A DNA stretch of 64,000 nt, from the NCBI RefSeq assembly GCF_001447785.1, contig NW_015171578.1:187715-251714 (forward strand), written 5' to 3'. The notes below the pieces were generated by a model that was not told the origin of the DNA, searched no databases, and saw nothing but the letters and a program-made list of their open reading frames with translations. Source of the stretch: Gekko japonicus. Its lineage: Eukaryota. A program made the position numbers and the translations under genes. Below, one piece after another: positions 24,788 to 38,084 of the stretch (the stretch's first letter is position 1; the number at the start of each line of letters is the position of its first letter).

Positions 24788-24943
24788 GTTTATCCTGATG
24801 GCATCCGACATATCAGAGCAGATAAAAGAGTTAATGAGTGGAAAACACCAGGCAAGAAAACTATTGTCAAGTGTGCTGTGAACCAGAGACAAGTGGTCAT
24901 CGCGCTGACGGGAGGAGAACTCGTCTACTTTGAGATGGACCCA
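24788..24943 (+). CDS. SF3B3: SF3B3 exon 13
   Basis: VYPDGIRHIRADKRVNEW...YFEMDP. Confidence 0.97.
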
Positions 24944-25420
24944 GTATTTAATACTGTCTGGAGATATGATCTGGCCTCTGTAGTGGCAAGCAGAACAGTA
25001 CTTCAGACATGCTGTTGCAATGTGTTTGGCAAAAAGTAGTTCTTGTGTATTTTGAGCAGAAGCTTCATGTTGCCTTTTGAATTGTGAAGAGTGTCCAGAT
25101 CTATAAAGAGCTCTATCAAAAAAATGAGAAGTTAAATAAGACAAAAACTCTGTTGGAGAGAGCAGTTAAATTTGCCATTTTTTAAAAAAGTTTAACTTTG
25201 TTCATCTGCTTTAGGGATGTGTCCAAGGAAACTCATACCACAGTAAACTTGCTGATGGTTTCTAGGGTACCCCAAGACTCTTGTTTCTTCTCCCAACTGG
25301 AGCAACTGAGGTGACCTCAGTATTAGTTCTCAGTACCTTGTAATTAATGCATAGGTCTGTCTTGAAATAATGAGTGCTGCTTGCAAGTGATGTGTCGAAA
25401 TGTGTACCTTTCCACACCAG

Positions 25421-25576
25421 TCAGGGCAGCTGAATGAGTACACGGAAAGGAAGGAGATGTCTGCTGATGTGGTGTGCATGAGCTTGGCCAATGTTCCCCC
25501 TGGAGAGCAGCGCTCCCGTTTCCTTGCTGTTGGGCTGGTGGACAACACTGTCCGCATCATTTCACTTGACCCCTCG
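25421..25576 (+). CDS. SF3B3: SF3B3 exon 14
   Basis: [13 protein letters not shown]...IISLDPS. Confidence 0.97.
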
Positions 25577-25825
25577 GTAAGTGCCTACTCAAACTTGGCT
25601 TTTGTGTGCATATACCATGTTCTTTGTGGCTGCTCGTGGTTAAATTTTGTTATGGAGTGGCAGGAAGTTGCGGGATTGTGTCGTCTTCTGGATGACAAGA
25701 GAGGTAGAGACTCCTGGGATCTTTGAAATGCACTGGTTTTATAAACATATTAACAGCATATTGGAAGCCAGGATGCTACTAAAGCAGACAGGAGAACTGC
25801 TAATCCTGCCTCTGATTTCTAAAGA

Positions 25826-26583
25826 CAAGAATAGATATAAAACCATGATAAATTATTATCAAAATTACTTCATTGATTCATAATGTTCATGAAACATAAA
25901 AGCATAACACATCCATTTATTAATATGCTCAGCAAAGGTCTCTCAATAAATCTTATGGCAATAAGGACAAGTCTCTTGTCATTAATACACAGCAAAAGTC
26001 TCTCAGTGAACCTTCACATCTCACAGAGTGTACACAAGGTTTTGGCACAGAGTGAATCGTGATTGTCCTTGTGTTGAAGACGAATGTGATGTTTGGACAG
26101 CGTGGAGTTCCCTTGAAATGACCTTGTCCAATAAAAGGTATTTGTTGTTTGAGTTTGAAATGACCTTGTCTAATAAAACTTTTCAAACGTAAGAAGAAAC
26201 TACAAGTAACAGGACAGAGGGGAATAACAGCATTTGGAAACTGCAGCACATCTCCAGTGTGTTTGATATATCTACAGAGAGATTAGAGACTTCCGTGTCT
26301 ATATGTCAATGCTATGAGAAGTGACTTTAATTTCTTTATGCCACAAGGTTCATTGAGAGACTTGTTCTGTGTATTAATGACGAGAGACTTGTCCTTATTG
26401 CCATAAGATTTATTGAGACCTTTGCTGTGCATATTAATAAACGGATGCTTTATGCTTTACACTTGATTGAATATAACTTTAAGGATCTGTATGGTATCTC
26501 TGTGAAATATTTCATGAATGAGTGTGATGAAACAGTGAAGTAATTTTGATAGTATTTAATCATGGGTGTGTATCTATTTTTGA
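25826..26583. mobile_element. AT-rich fold-back element with ~190-bp inverted arms
   Basis: 25826-26015 is the imperfect reverse complement of 26346-26583; internal direct repeat TTGAAATGACCTTGTC(C/T)AATAAAA x2. Confidence 0.7.
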
Positions 26584-27304
26584 CTCTACTTCCCATGGTT
26601 CTCTCTTTCCAAGGAGCATATAGTCCCCTGCAGCCCTCCCAGGCTGCTTGTAAATCCAAGCTCATTTACACAGACTCCATGAAAATGCAGAATCCATCTG
26701 CTGTTTGTCACCTTCCTACCACCCAAAGGCTGAGACACTGGAAGATAGTAAAGGAGATTTCCAGCTCAAGGACCATTAAGTCATAGGTTTATTCACAAAA
26801 ACCAGGGTTGCCGAAAGGCATAAACCTGTGTAAGTTCAGGTTCTTCTGTCTGGGCTTCTGCAATTGCTTTGCCTCTTAGTGCCTGAACAGTATCAACGGG
26901 GACAAGAGAGATGCTCTGTTTTGCACTCCTTCTAGTTTGAGTGTTTGTACATCCATTTCTCAGGACTACCAGCTTCTGTCATCCAAGATGGGCCTTTTGC
27001 CTAATCGGACTGTTTCACAGTTGGCTTATTGAATATGAGTGGGGCTAGCTGGGGAGTGAATAAAGGTTAAAGCATGCCAGATGGGTCTAAAAGGCTTGGC
27101 CAATCTAATGCAGAAGAATACTTTAGATACAGACCATCTGTCTGAAAAATGTCTTTAAAAAACGGTTCTTCTGAAGGTTTTTTCTTGGATGGAATGCACT
27201 TTCCTTACAGAGTGCTCTAAGACAGTGGCTCTCAATTGATGGTGTGTATACCACTGGTTGAGGATGCAGAAGTTGTCTAGGTGGAATCATGTAGGACTTT
27301 CATA

Positions 27305-27576
27305 GAAGAAGAAGAGATTGGATTTATATCCTGCCCTTCACTACCCAAAGGAGTCTCAGAGTAGCTTACAAACTCCTTCCCCTCCCCCTCCCCACAACAG
27401 ACACCCTGTGAGGTAGGTGGGGCTGAGAGAGCTCTGACAGAAACTGCACTTTCAAGAACAGCTGTGCCGGAACTATGGCTTGCCCAAGGTCATCCAGCAG
27501 GTGCAAGTGGAGGAATGGGGAATCAAACCCAATTCTCCCAGATTAGAGTCCGCGCACTTAACCACTACACCAAACT
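27305..27576 (-). mobile_element. Squam3-like SINE
   Basis: Reverse complement of 52465-52745 copy; (GAA)n tail on plus. Confidence 0.85.
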
Positions 27577-27714
27577 GTAGTTCACTAAAGACTTGGCTCT
27601 TCTTCAGTCCCCATGTCCACCTCCAATTGTTATTTTTGCTGACCCTACCTGTGATGGACTATCCATCTCTGACCTTTTGGCAGGCTAGTATTAACCTTGG
27701 AAATTTTTCCTAAG

Positions 27715-27920
27715 CAGTGTTCCCTCTAAGCTGAGTTAGTGTGAGCTAGCTCACAGTTTTTTAGCCTCCAGCTCACATATTTTTGTCTTAGCTCAGGAAG
27801 GAAGTCTCCAGAACAAACTAATTTATGCAGTAGCCAACGTGCTTGCTCACAACTTTAGTGCCAGTATCTCACAAAGTAGAATTTTTGCTCACAAGACTCC
27901 ACAGCTTAGAGGGAGCATTG
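27715..27920 (+). mobile_element. hAT MITE, family copy 1
   Basis: TIR CAGTGTTCCCTCTAAGCTG / CAGCTTAGAGGGAGCATTG; TSD TTCCTAAG/CTTCTAAG. Confidence 0.88.
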
Positions 27921-28427
27921 CTTCTAAGTCCCCATTTCCCCTGTCCATCCATGAGGGAATTTATTGCTTCCTGCCTTCTCTGCTTGCCAAGGTGTATCCA
28001 TTGTGTTTCAGTCCCTTCTCCATCCCCACCTCCATCATTTTAAGTCACAGCATAATTGTAATCATCACTGCATCCAAAGGAAGTCATGGGTAGGAGCCTC
28101 CAAAATATATTTTTAGCCAACAAAGCTGACCTGTGTGTTCCAAATTGTGAGTGCTTGTGACTTCCATCAGTTGGTGGGTTAGAAGTATGCCACATTCTCC
28201 TATAGCTGGAACTCTGTGGGTCTCCATTGCTTCACCACTGTTGACTAAGTCTGGGTCTATGAACCCAGAAGTAACGTTAATAATAAGGAAGAAGCCTATT
28301 AATTTTAACTGAATGTGAATTTACAAACTTTGTTTTGTGACTTCTTTATGAATGTATTTTATTTGACTGGCAACTGATTATGAGCTTTAACATATGGTTT
28401 AATAAGCTTTACTTACATACATATAAC

Positions 28428-28619
28428 CAGTGTTCCCTCTAAGCTGAGTTAGTGTCAGCTAGCTCACAATTTTTTAGCCTCTGGCTCACGCATTTTTGCC
28501 TTAGCTCAGGAAGGATGTAATTTATGCACTAGCCAAATCACTCGCTCACAACTTTCATGCCAGTAGCTTACAAAGTAGAATTTTTGCTCACAAGACTCCA
28601 CAGCTTAGAGGGAGCATTG
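28428..28619 (+). mobile_element. hAT MITE, family copy 2
   Basis: Same TIRs; perfect 8-bp TSD CATATAAC. Confidence 0.9.
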
Positions 28620-29173
28620 CATATAACCCCATTTGTTTTAATGTTTAACTGTTAAAGGATTCTTTTTATTTGTGTTTTAAAGCCATAGCAATAAAACTTG
28701 CTCCCAACAATACTGCTGGAATTTTTTGTCCTTACTATATGTGATAAATATAATAAGAGTGTGCCTGCAAACGCACAAATGTCCTTAGGAAAAGGGCTTT
28801 TTGTTTCTGTCGTGATGGGACACTGGTTCTTTGCTAGAGCGATTGGTGTGATGTAAGGTATGAAAGGTTGAGAACCCCTTCTCTAAGGGAGAGATCCTCA
28901 TCACTCCCATCCATAGCCAGCAGCCTCGACAAGATGTGTCTGTTTTGATCACATCACGTTGGAGGGTGGGAGACCACTTGCTTCCCCACATACAAATGTT
29001 AGCATCTCAAGTGTGAGGTTCCAGCTTCCCTTTCCTCCAGATACAAGGGAATGCTCACACATACAGTTCCTCTCCCATAGTCTCAAGTCGAACCAATGCA
29101 TCCTGAGAACCTAAGTCTTTCCATCTGTCTTGCGAAGGGTGGTGCAGTGACATCTTCCTTCTTTCTTGCATAG

Positions 29174-29317
29174 GACTGCCTGCAGCCTTTGAGTATGCAA
29201 GCCCTTCCTGCCCAGCCAGAGTCGCTGTGTATTGTCGAGATGGGTGGAGCTGAGAAGCAGGATGAACTGGGGGAGAGAGGGTCCATTGGCTTCTTGTATC
29301 TAAACATTGGCTTGCAG
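29174..29317 (+). CDS. SF3B3: SF3B3 exon 15
   Basis: DCLQPLSMQALPAQPESL...LNIGLQ. Confidence 0.97.
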
Positions 29318-29916
29318 GTAAGGAGTTGGCTGCCTTGTTCTCTCGGGAAATCATTCCTACTTAAAAGGAAAGAATGGTTGCTTAAGTACGTACTACAGGG
29401 GTCAGCACTGGAGTCTTCGACTTTGTTTCCCCCCCCTCCCCAAAACCTTCAGAAGCTCTTATTCCATGTGTATACACCCAAGTGAAAATCTTGCCTTTTC
29501 TCCATTCTGCTTTCTTCTGTCTCTCCCTGCCCATCCTTATTGTTACACAAAGTTCTTGCGGGAAGGAAGGGACATAAGTTCCTTCTACCTTAAGGTGGCC
29601 TCAAATCCCACAACAGGGAGGACTGTGTTGATTCCTTCCTCTAGTAGTTCAGAAATTTTACAATGAGGATGTCAGGTGTGAGCTCTAGATGTCTCACAGC
29701 CTAATTTAAATAGTTCCATGCCTGCTTTCTTAGCTTGGTAAAAAGAACAAAGCACACCTTGCTCTGAATATATTTGGTGCTCCTGAAATAGAAGCTGGAA
29801 AGGATCCAGCACTGAAATTGGGAGGCTCAGAGATGTTGCGAAGTGCAATCATGAATTCACATGGCCCATCTTCCTCCTCTCCCCTGGGGTACTGCTTCTC
29901 TGCCTTCCCAATCCAG

Positions 29917-30039
29917 AACGGTGTACTGCTGCGAACTGTCCTTGATCCAGTCACTGGAGATCTTTCTGACACAAGAACCAGGTATCTTGGCTCTCGCCCT
30001 GTGAAGCTCTTTCGGGTACGCATGCAAGGACAAGAAGCG
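29917..30039 (+). CDS. SF3B3: SF3B3 exon 16
   Basis: [14 protein letters not shown]...MQGQEA. Confidence 0.97.
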
Positions 30040-31295
30040 GTGAGTAAAGAAGGAGCTGGAAGATGGGGGCAGGTGTGGAGTTTGGTTTCTTGGCCAGGTG
30101 AAAATAGGGAAGGGGAGGACAAGCTAGTCATTTGAAGGCCAGGATTTTGCAGTTATCTGTGTTGGCCTGATGGTGAACTTGGATATGTTTGCTTACAACT
30201 AAGTATTTTATTTGCCTCTTGGGCATACAGAAAAAATGCACAAGTTGTGATAGTGGAGGCTTGTAATGAGGTAGATAATGGGAGGAGACACAGTCTCTAT
30301 TAATGTGTGAGGAGGAAGCTCCTCCTGTGTCTCAGTTGTTGTCTAGAGGTGCTCTGGAATGTAAATGTAACTGATTGCAGCATGCTGAGTCGTAAAAGGA
30401 CTGTGGTTGTCTCTCAGTAGCAGAGGAGTGTTTAATTCTGAAACTGCCATGGAGGGAGAAACTTGGGAATGTGTAGCAGATTTAAAGTGTGAGAGTGTGT
30501 GTGTGAGAGAGATTTTTGCAGAATGCTTAAACAAGAGCTGGTCAGGGTGATGCTTTGTCCACTTTTTTGGTGCAAGTCCTGTGTCCCCAGTTTCCTTGCA
30601 TTTTATACTGTGTGTCTGTTTCTGTGTTCCTAAGCTGCTCTCAGTGCTCTGTTTCTGTTCTGGGACCTGAACAAATTCTATTTTTTTTGTCTGTCATGCA
30701 GTTTGAGATTTATATACTAAGTTTCCTGCATGTTCAAAACACTCCCAAATAGGTTATCCCAGCAATCCTTCCATCAGCCGTGTAAGAAGTCTGATCCCTA
30801 TAGTGGGTGGGCTGTGGCTGAGCATCACTGAGTTCACAGCTGAGGTCAGAGATGATTCTAGGGATATCCCATCTTTTAATCCCTGTGCGACCCTAAAATT
30901 ATCCGTGTCCTGGGCAAGTGGAATAAATCCAGCAATGTTGGTTCCAACAAGATGACGAAGCGAGGAGCATGGCCAACCTGGCAGGGTTTTTTTTTCTTCT
31001 GCCCTAGTAGGTGATAGATGAGTTTCAGAACTTCATAGTGTCATTTCACTATGGTAGGGCATGTCCTGGAAAACTGGTTGGAACAGCTTACTTGAAGATC
31101 ATCCAGAAACTTTTGTGCCGCTTTCGGTTTCTGCAGTCCCTGATTTTGGAGAGATGTTGGTAGACTGCCAAGGTCATATAGAGTCTCTGCTTTTGGGCTG
31201 TGCTGGGTTGCCTGAAGTAGAGCGGCCACAATGCTTGGGTGAGATGGCTTGCCCCTTGTTTCCAGCTGATCTTGCTCTCTGTCCTCCCGGTGCAG

Positions 31296-31450
31296 GTGCT
31301 GGCCATGTCAAGTCGGTCGTGGCTGAGTTACTCCTATCAGTCCCGCTTCCACTTAACCCCTCTGTCATATGAGACATTGGAGTTTGCTTCTGGCTTTGCC
31401 TCTGAGCAGTGTCCAGAGGGCATTGTCGCCATCTCCACAAACACACTGAG
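31296..31450 (+). CDS. SF3B3: SF3B3 exon 17
   Basis: VLAMSSRSWLSYSYQ...ISTNTLR. Confidence 0.97.
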
Positions 31451-32808
31451 GTACGTATTGGTGGAAAGCTCCAGGGGAGGGGAGGGCAATGGAAAGAGTA
31501 ACGGGGACCAGCATAAGCCCACTGTCTGTCCCCAACTCCTGTTCAAGCAGAGTACTTGGGATAAGAATCCTCCACAATGTGCAGCTGTTTTGATCTATGG
31601 CCTCCTTTGCAGAGAACTGCACATGCAGCTGCTGCCACAAACCTAGAATTGCCCTGGTGTGGCATGCAGGGTGCACCTAGTCACTTGGAGGGGGAACCCT
31701 TTACTTGACAGCCAGGCATGGTTGGTGGAGACTCGAATGACTTCTCTATTTTTCCTGTATGGGTATAAAGTGTTTCTGAAACAGCACCCATGATTTCCCA
31801 GCCCCCCTCACCCCTGTCAACTGGTTTTGCTTAGAGTGCAGTGGGCAGTGTTTGTAATTGTCTCCTGGGGGTTGCCTGGTATCGACAGGACCCTGTAAAG
31901 TGAATGCATGCCTGCAGAATGCCAAGCATTAGGAAATGGGCTTGCACACTCAGTTGTGAGAGGGGGGCAGAGTTTTGTTGCATGGTAGAAAAAGTCCTGG
32001 ATTACATTGACTTCCATTTCCTTGGTAGAAGCAATGAGCAAAATTGCTTAGTTGACTGCCCATCAGGGAGCTTGTATTGGTTGCTGGGGTGGGGGGAGGG
32101 ATGTAACTGGTAGATGGAGGCCCCACCCACCCCAGTCTTTGGTCCCTTTCCACTTCAGGCCTGGTGGCCCAGGTGAGCAACTTGGATGGGGTTTCTCAGA
32201 TATAAAACAGGAGACAGACTCCCCTGTCTTCAAGGCTGCTTCTTTGTAACATCAAGAATACAGTCAAAGTATCCTGGCTCATCTCTCCCCTCCTTCAGTT
32301 TTGTTCAGAACTGATAAATCACCAGGCCTGGATGGCATACATCCAAGAGTTCTGAAAGAACTCAAATGTGAACATGTGGATCTCCTGACAAAAATATGTA
32401 ATATTTCATTAAAATCTGCCTCCATTCCTGAGGACTGGAAGGTAGCTAATGTCACTCCCATCTTTAAAAAGGGTTCCAGAGGAGATCCGGGAAATTACAG
32501 GCCAGTCAGTCTGACGTCAATACTGGGTAAGTTGGTGGAAACTGTTATTAAGGAGAGAATTAGTAGGCACATTGATGAACAAAACCTATTGAGGCAGACT
32601 CAGCATGGGTTCTGTAAGTGAAGATCTTGTCTCACTAACCCTGTTAGTGTTCTTGAGAGAGTGAACAAACATGTGGACAAGGGGGGCCCAATAGATGTTG
32701 TTTACCTTGACTTCCAGAAAGCTTGTGATAAAGTTCCTCATCAAAGGTTCCTAAGTAAGCTCAATAGTCATGGGGTGAAAGGACAAGTCCTCTTGTGGAT
32801 CAAAAACT

Positions 32809-33175
32809 TATTGGGTGTTGTAAATAAGAAGCGGGAGACTGACCAGTTATGAAGGTGCACAGAGAGTTTATATAGTTATAAAGGTGAATATATACAGATA
32901 TATTTACAGGCTATTGAACAGCATGTCGTGCCTTAGTCTATGAGAACTGAGTCCCACCAGTTTACTAAGCTGATAGCTATTATGCTAAACCCCAGCCAAT
33001 CTCTAACAAGGTGATGTAATCACTAACTCTAACAAGACCTGAAAGAGCAACTCCTGCTAGAAACACCTGGCTGTAATTACATGATTACTAGCATGACAGC
33101 TAGGTCTGACAAACAGATCAAACTGATCTATAGTAACTGCTTGCTACCTCTATCACTCTGACATATATCTCAATA
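32809..33175 (-). mobile_element. Solo LTR-like insertion in CR1 (367 bp)
   Basis: Interrupts CR1 between AAAACT and GGCTAATT; termini TATTGGG...CTCAATA; TSD AAACT/CAACT. Confidence 0.7.
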
Positions 33176-33497
33176 CAACTGGCTAATTCATAGGAAACGG
33201 AGTGAGTATAAATGGGCAATTTTTTCCGTGGGAGCTGGTAAGCAGTGGGGTACCACAGGGATCAGTACTGGGTATGATGCTTTTTAAATTGTTCATTAAT
33301 GATTTGGAGTTGGGAGTAAGCAGTGAAGTGGTTAAATTTGCAGATGGCACGAAATTGTTCAGAGTGGTGAAAACCAGGGAGGATTGTGAGGCACTCCAAA
33401 GGGATCTGTCAAGGATGGGTGAGTGGGCATCAATGTGGCAAATGGGGTTCAATGTGGCCAAGTGCAAAGTGATGCACATTGGGACCAAAAATCCTAA

Positions 33498-33917
33498 TGT
33501 CAAACCTTGCTCTGCTCAGTTTGCCATGGATGCTGGGGGAAGGGAATTCCTTAGGGGGTGTGTGACTGGAGTGTGTGACTGCACCAACTTAGAAGCGTAA
33601 TTCTTCCAAAGAAGCCTTCCTCTCATTTCCAGAGGAATATTCTTGAGACTTTTGGTACCAGCTTTCTTTGTAGATAATGGGGTCATATATTTCCCAGGTG
33701 AAAGGGGGTAGAGATGCTGAGGCTAGGCGGCGTGGATGTGACATATGAGTGGGCCTTAGGAGGGGTTACATTTGAATTACCTATATTTATGATTGTACCC
33801 GCCAAAACCTTCAGAGCTGACACAGTACTGTTAAGACCTGGAACTTGCTTATAATTCAGTACATATATAACTGCCAAAGAGAGTGTTGTTGAGAGTAACT
33901 TGCCCAGGAGTCTGGCA
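33498..33917. mobile_element. Solo LTR in CR1 (420 bp)
   Basis: TGTCAAAC...GTCTGGCA termini; perfect 5-bp TSD CCTAA; CR1 rejoins on removal. Confidence 0.85.
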
Positions 33918-34670
33918 CCTAACTATAAATACACGTTGGTGGGGTCCGAACTGGTGGAGACTGACCAAGAGAGATCTTGGAGTCGTAGTAGATAACTCAC
34001 TGAAAATGTCGAGACAGTGTGCAACTGCAATAAAAAAGGCCAATGCTATGTTGGGGACTATTAGGAAGGGAATTGAAAACAAATCAGCCAGTATCTCAAT
34101 GCATCTGTATAAATCGATGGTGTGACCTCATTTGGAATACTGTGTACAGTTCTGGTTTACAAGATTATGCATGGGATAGGGGAGGTAGAGAAAGAAGTAC
34201 TTTTCTCCCTTTCTCACAATACAAGAACTCGTGGGCGCTCAATGAAATTGCTGAGCAGTCAGGTTAGAACAGGTAAAGTCAGGCTAGAACAGGTAAAAGG
34301 AAGTACTTCTTAACCCAAAGAGTGATTATCTCATGGAATTCACTGCCACAGTAGGTGGTGGCAGCTACAACCATGGACGGCTTCAAGAGGGAATTGGATA
34401 AATATATGGAGCAGAGGTCCATCAGTGGCTATTAGCCACAAGGTATAGATAGGAGCTCTCAGTCTGGGTCAAGTGATGCACTGTATTCTTGGTGCTTGGG
34501 GGGGGCAACAGTGGGAGGGCTTCTCGTGCCGTGGCCCCACTGCTGGACCTCCTGATGGCACTTGGTATTTTTGGCCACTGTGAGACAGAGTGTTGGACTG
34601 GATGGGCCATTGGCCTGATCCAACATTGGCGTCTCTTATGTTCTTAAACTGTCCAGTGTTTTATATGCAT

Positions 34671-35649
34671 TAGGGGTGTGCAAAAAAAAAAAATCGGAAA
34701 AATTCGGATTCGGGTTTACTGGACCCGAATTTTTTCGGGAAACCCGAAAAACCCCGAATATCTATATCGGTAAAGCATAGATATCCGAAATTTTTCGGGA
34801 AACCCGAAAAATTCGGGTCCATTATAACCAATGGGGCCATTGAAGTCAATGGCAAAAATCCTCTTGAAACTTTGTGGGGGGCTGGGGGGGAGGGGGTTNN
34901 NNNNNNNNNNNNNNNNNNNNNNNNNNNNNNNNNNNNNNNNNNNNNNNNNNNNNNNNNNNNNNNNNNNNNNNNNNNNNNNNNNNNNNNNNNNNNNNNNNNN
35001 NNNNNNNNNNNNNNNNNNNNNNNNNNNNNNNNNNNNNNNNNNNNNNNNNNNNNNNNNNNNNNNNNNNNNNNNNNNNNNNNNNNNNNNNNNNNNNNNNNNN
35101 NNNNNNNNNNNNNNNNNNNNNNNNNNNNNNNNNNNNNNNNNNNNNNNNNNNNNNNNNNNNNNNNNNNNNNNNNNNNNNNNNNNNNNNNNNNNNNNNNNNN
35201 NNNNNNNNNNNNNNNNNNNNNNNNNNNNNNNNNNNNNNNNNNNNNNNNNNNNNNNNNNNNNNNNNNNNNNNNNNNNNNNNNNNNNNNNNNNNNNNNNNNN
35301 NNNNNNNNNNNNNNNNNNNNNNNNNNNNNNNNNNNNNNNNNNNNNNTTGGTGGGTATGTTGGGGAGAGGTTCCAGTAAGCACGCTCCATGTTTGGAGCCT
35401 CTATCCCAAACCCCCTCCCCCCCAGCCCCCCACAAAGTTTCAAGAAGATTTTTGCCATTGACTTCAATGGCCCCATTGGTTATAATGGACCCGAATTTTT
35501 CGGGATTCCCGAATTTTTTCGGGATTTTTTTTTTCGGGATTCGGACAAGCGCATAAATTGCTAATTCGGGATCCCAAAAGCCGAAAAAAGCCGAAAAATG
35601 TTATTTTCGGCTTTTTTTTCGACTCGGGATTCCGAAATGCACATCCCTA
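34671..35649. mobile_element. hAT-like non-autonomous transposon with CCGAA/TTCGG subterminal arrays (centre in N gap)
   Basis: TIR TAGGGGTGTGCA / TGCACATCCCTA; perfect 8-bp TSD ATATGCAT; internal inverted repeat flanking the gap. Confidence 0.88.
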
Positions 35650-37097
35650 ATATGCATGCCATTATGAGTGGTGTGACTTTCTGTTATTCTGGTTAACTCA
35701 CAAAACGGCCATTCTCCCCTTCAGGTTTTTACATTAATGACTCCCCAAACTGAAATTGTGGTTTTGGATAAGTGCCCAATAATACATGGCTGGTTAATTA
35801 ATGGTCTTTCAATACGATAGGTTAAGGTGTAAATGTCTCTTGGAATCCCTCTTGGCCAGTACACTTGTGCTCAGTTGCTCTTACTTGCAATAAGTGTTCC
35901 TAAACAGCCTATATTCAATTTGTTTCAGACCCAAAGAGAGTTAGGGGCATTTATTGGGTCCAGCAGTCAGTGTCTTCGTGAGGAAGGCTCTGGCATAAAT
36001 ATTGAATGGCGTGGAAGTCAGGAGCTGGTGCTGAGGGAAAATATCAAGATGTTTGAGACTTATACAATCAGTTCCCAAGAGCCATATTAGAGCACTGCCT
36101 CCAGATAAGGCTAGCCGTTCTGAAGAGGAGAATGGGTGAGTGGGCGAATCTCCTCTGATTTGTGGCCAGGATCCACACTTGGCTGATTATTAACAACAAC
36201 TGTAAGGTTACCTTTGAAAGATACCTTTTTATAGCTTGTTGGAGGTTGGACTAGGTCCTAGTCACTAGGGAGCTGTAAAAATTTGTGCAACCTAAAAAGC
36301 CCTGAATCCAGGTATGGTTAAAAATGTTGTGATGAATTCTTTCAATAAAGTGGTCTGGAAAATGTCACCAGTACGATGTCCTCTCAATTTTTGCTTCAGT
36401 AGTAATGGCTTTAATAGGGATTTTTTAAAAAGTAGTCTTTTTTTAAAGGTGCTCATTGGCAGGTGTACTAGTGTTTTTTTAAGGTACCCCATTTTTTAGG
36501 AGGAAGCTCAAAATGTACATCTCCTAGCAATGTCATTGGCTTATGTTAGTGGCAGATACCCTATATTTTCTTATGTCACTCCTGCAGTATGTGTTCTGTG
36601 GGTATAGTTGGATACTAAATATTGCATTTTATATAAGGGCCCCAGAGAGGGATTCTTCTTTGCATTGTCAATCCCTTATGTGGCTGGTCTGATTATGTCC
36701 TAATATGTGTCCTCAAGTTTGGAACACAGATATGTTCACTTGCAGGCTGGCTTTCTTTTCTGTAAGGAGACTAGCTAATGCTCCTTCAGTGGAGGAGGAG
36801 AGTATCCTGGAGAGCCAGCTCTGCCACTCACCTCACAGGTTCAGAGCCGCCATGCTAATGTCCTTGAGCTCTTCCCCTATAGAATGGAGCAGTCCCATTT
36901 AGGGATGGCATCCTCAGTTTTCCCTGGAAGGGGTTTGTACCTTCTGTATTTAATGTGCTTTTTATGCAGTACGGTTTGTATAGCGTTGGTCTGTTGCAAC
37001 TAGATGATATTGAATGACGGCTGGAAGCAGCACAGCATTGAGGAAGCAACGGTGTAAGTGCCTCTGCTAACTTCTGACCGTGTTTTTGATCCCGTAG

Positions 37098-37272
37098 AAT
37101 TTTGGCATTAGAGAAGCTTGGAGCTGTCTTCAACCAAGTGGCCTTCCCCTTGCAGTACACACCCAGGAAGTTCGTCATTCACCCCGAGAGCAACAACTTA
37201 ATAATCATTGAGACTGACCACAACGCCTATACCGAGGCTACGAAAGCCCAGCGGAAGCAGCAGATGGCTGAG
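37098..37272 (+). CDS. SF3B3: SF3B3 exon 18
   Basis: ILALEKLGAVFNQVAFPL...RKQQMAE. Confidence 0.97.
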
Positions 37273-37738
37273 GTAATGGGAATGCTCCTGCACACCATTA
37301 GAGAGTGGGGATATCCAGGTTCTGGGCCCTTGGGAGGACCCAAGTCTTCTCTCCAGTTTTTGCTACTGGCCTTTTAGTAAAGGATGGCAAAGGCCACTTA
37401 ACAGTCATGGCCTTGTCATGGGCATACATATGGTAGTGGCTCCACAAGACCCACAAAAAACATGCATCTCTTAAGATTTTGTGAAGCCTTTGGATAAAAC
37501 ATTGGTAACCTCGGTGAGGAGCACTCCTTGCCAAATTGTTAATGTCTCCTTTGGAGTGGTTCCAGTCATAGCTCAGTGCTAGTTCTGGATGAGTCCACTT
37601 TCCTAGAGGATTTGCTTTGTGTTGGCTCGGGAGAGGCTTCAGGAGTCTGGTGGGAGGTGAGAAGCTGATTGTTTTCCCTTGGTGTTTGTTCAGTCACCTG
37701 GCTTAGGAGGCTCTGTTTTCTAGCCCTGTGCCAGATGC

Positions 37739-38084
37739 TGTCAGGATCCACAGCAATACAACGAAGTACACGCTTCCAAGAAGGTTTTACTTTTATTGAA
37801 AAGCCATAGATGCAGTAACATGAACACTGTTAGGAATGGCGGGTTACCTATGCGCATAATAGGATATAGGGCATTCGTATGCCCCCCCCCCCCCACGTAG
37901 TACCCAATTAGATGGGTTCCCGCGCGCGGGCATTTGGCAGATATCTAACGGCTGCAGAAGCTGGGAACGGGAAAAGCTTCTCACGGGTTGTAGACACACC
38001 AACTCCTCCAGCGGCCTTGAGAGATATGCGTTGCAGCTAAGATGCAATTAAACAGACATCACACTCATGGCAGCATAGCTGACA
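37739..38084 (-). mobile_element. Solo LTR (346 bp)
   Basis: TGTCAG...CTGACA inverted termini; perfect 5-bp TSD GATGC; AATAAA on minus at 37792-37797; CpG-rich. Confidence 0.88.

Larger units (their letters stand above)
32305..34645 (+). mobile_element. 5'-truncated CR1 LINE (RT region to 3' end) interrupted by two solo LTRs
   Basis: KSPGLDGIHPRVLKEL, NYRPVSLTS, YLDFQKA, SGVPQGSVLG, KFADGTK motifs; TTATGTTC tail. Confidence 0.92.

Noticed and set aside
34690-34830. Short repeated CCGAA/TTCGG units suggestive of an array
   Set aside because: Subterminal repeats of a hAT element with TIRs and an 8-bp TSD; no repeat-spacer structure, and the context is eukaryotic, so not CRISPR.
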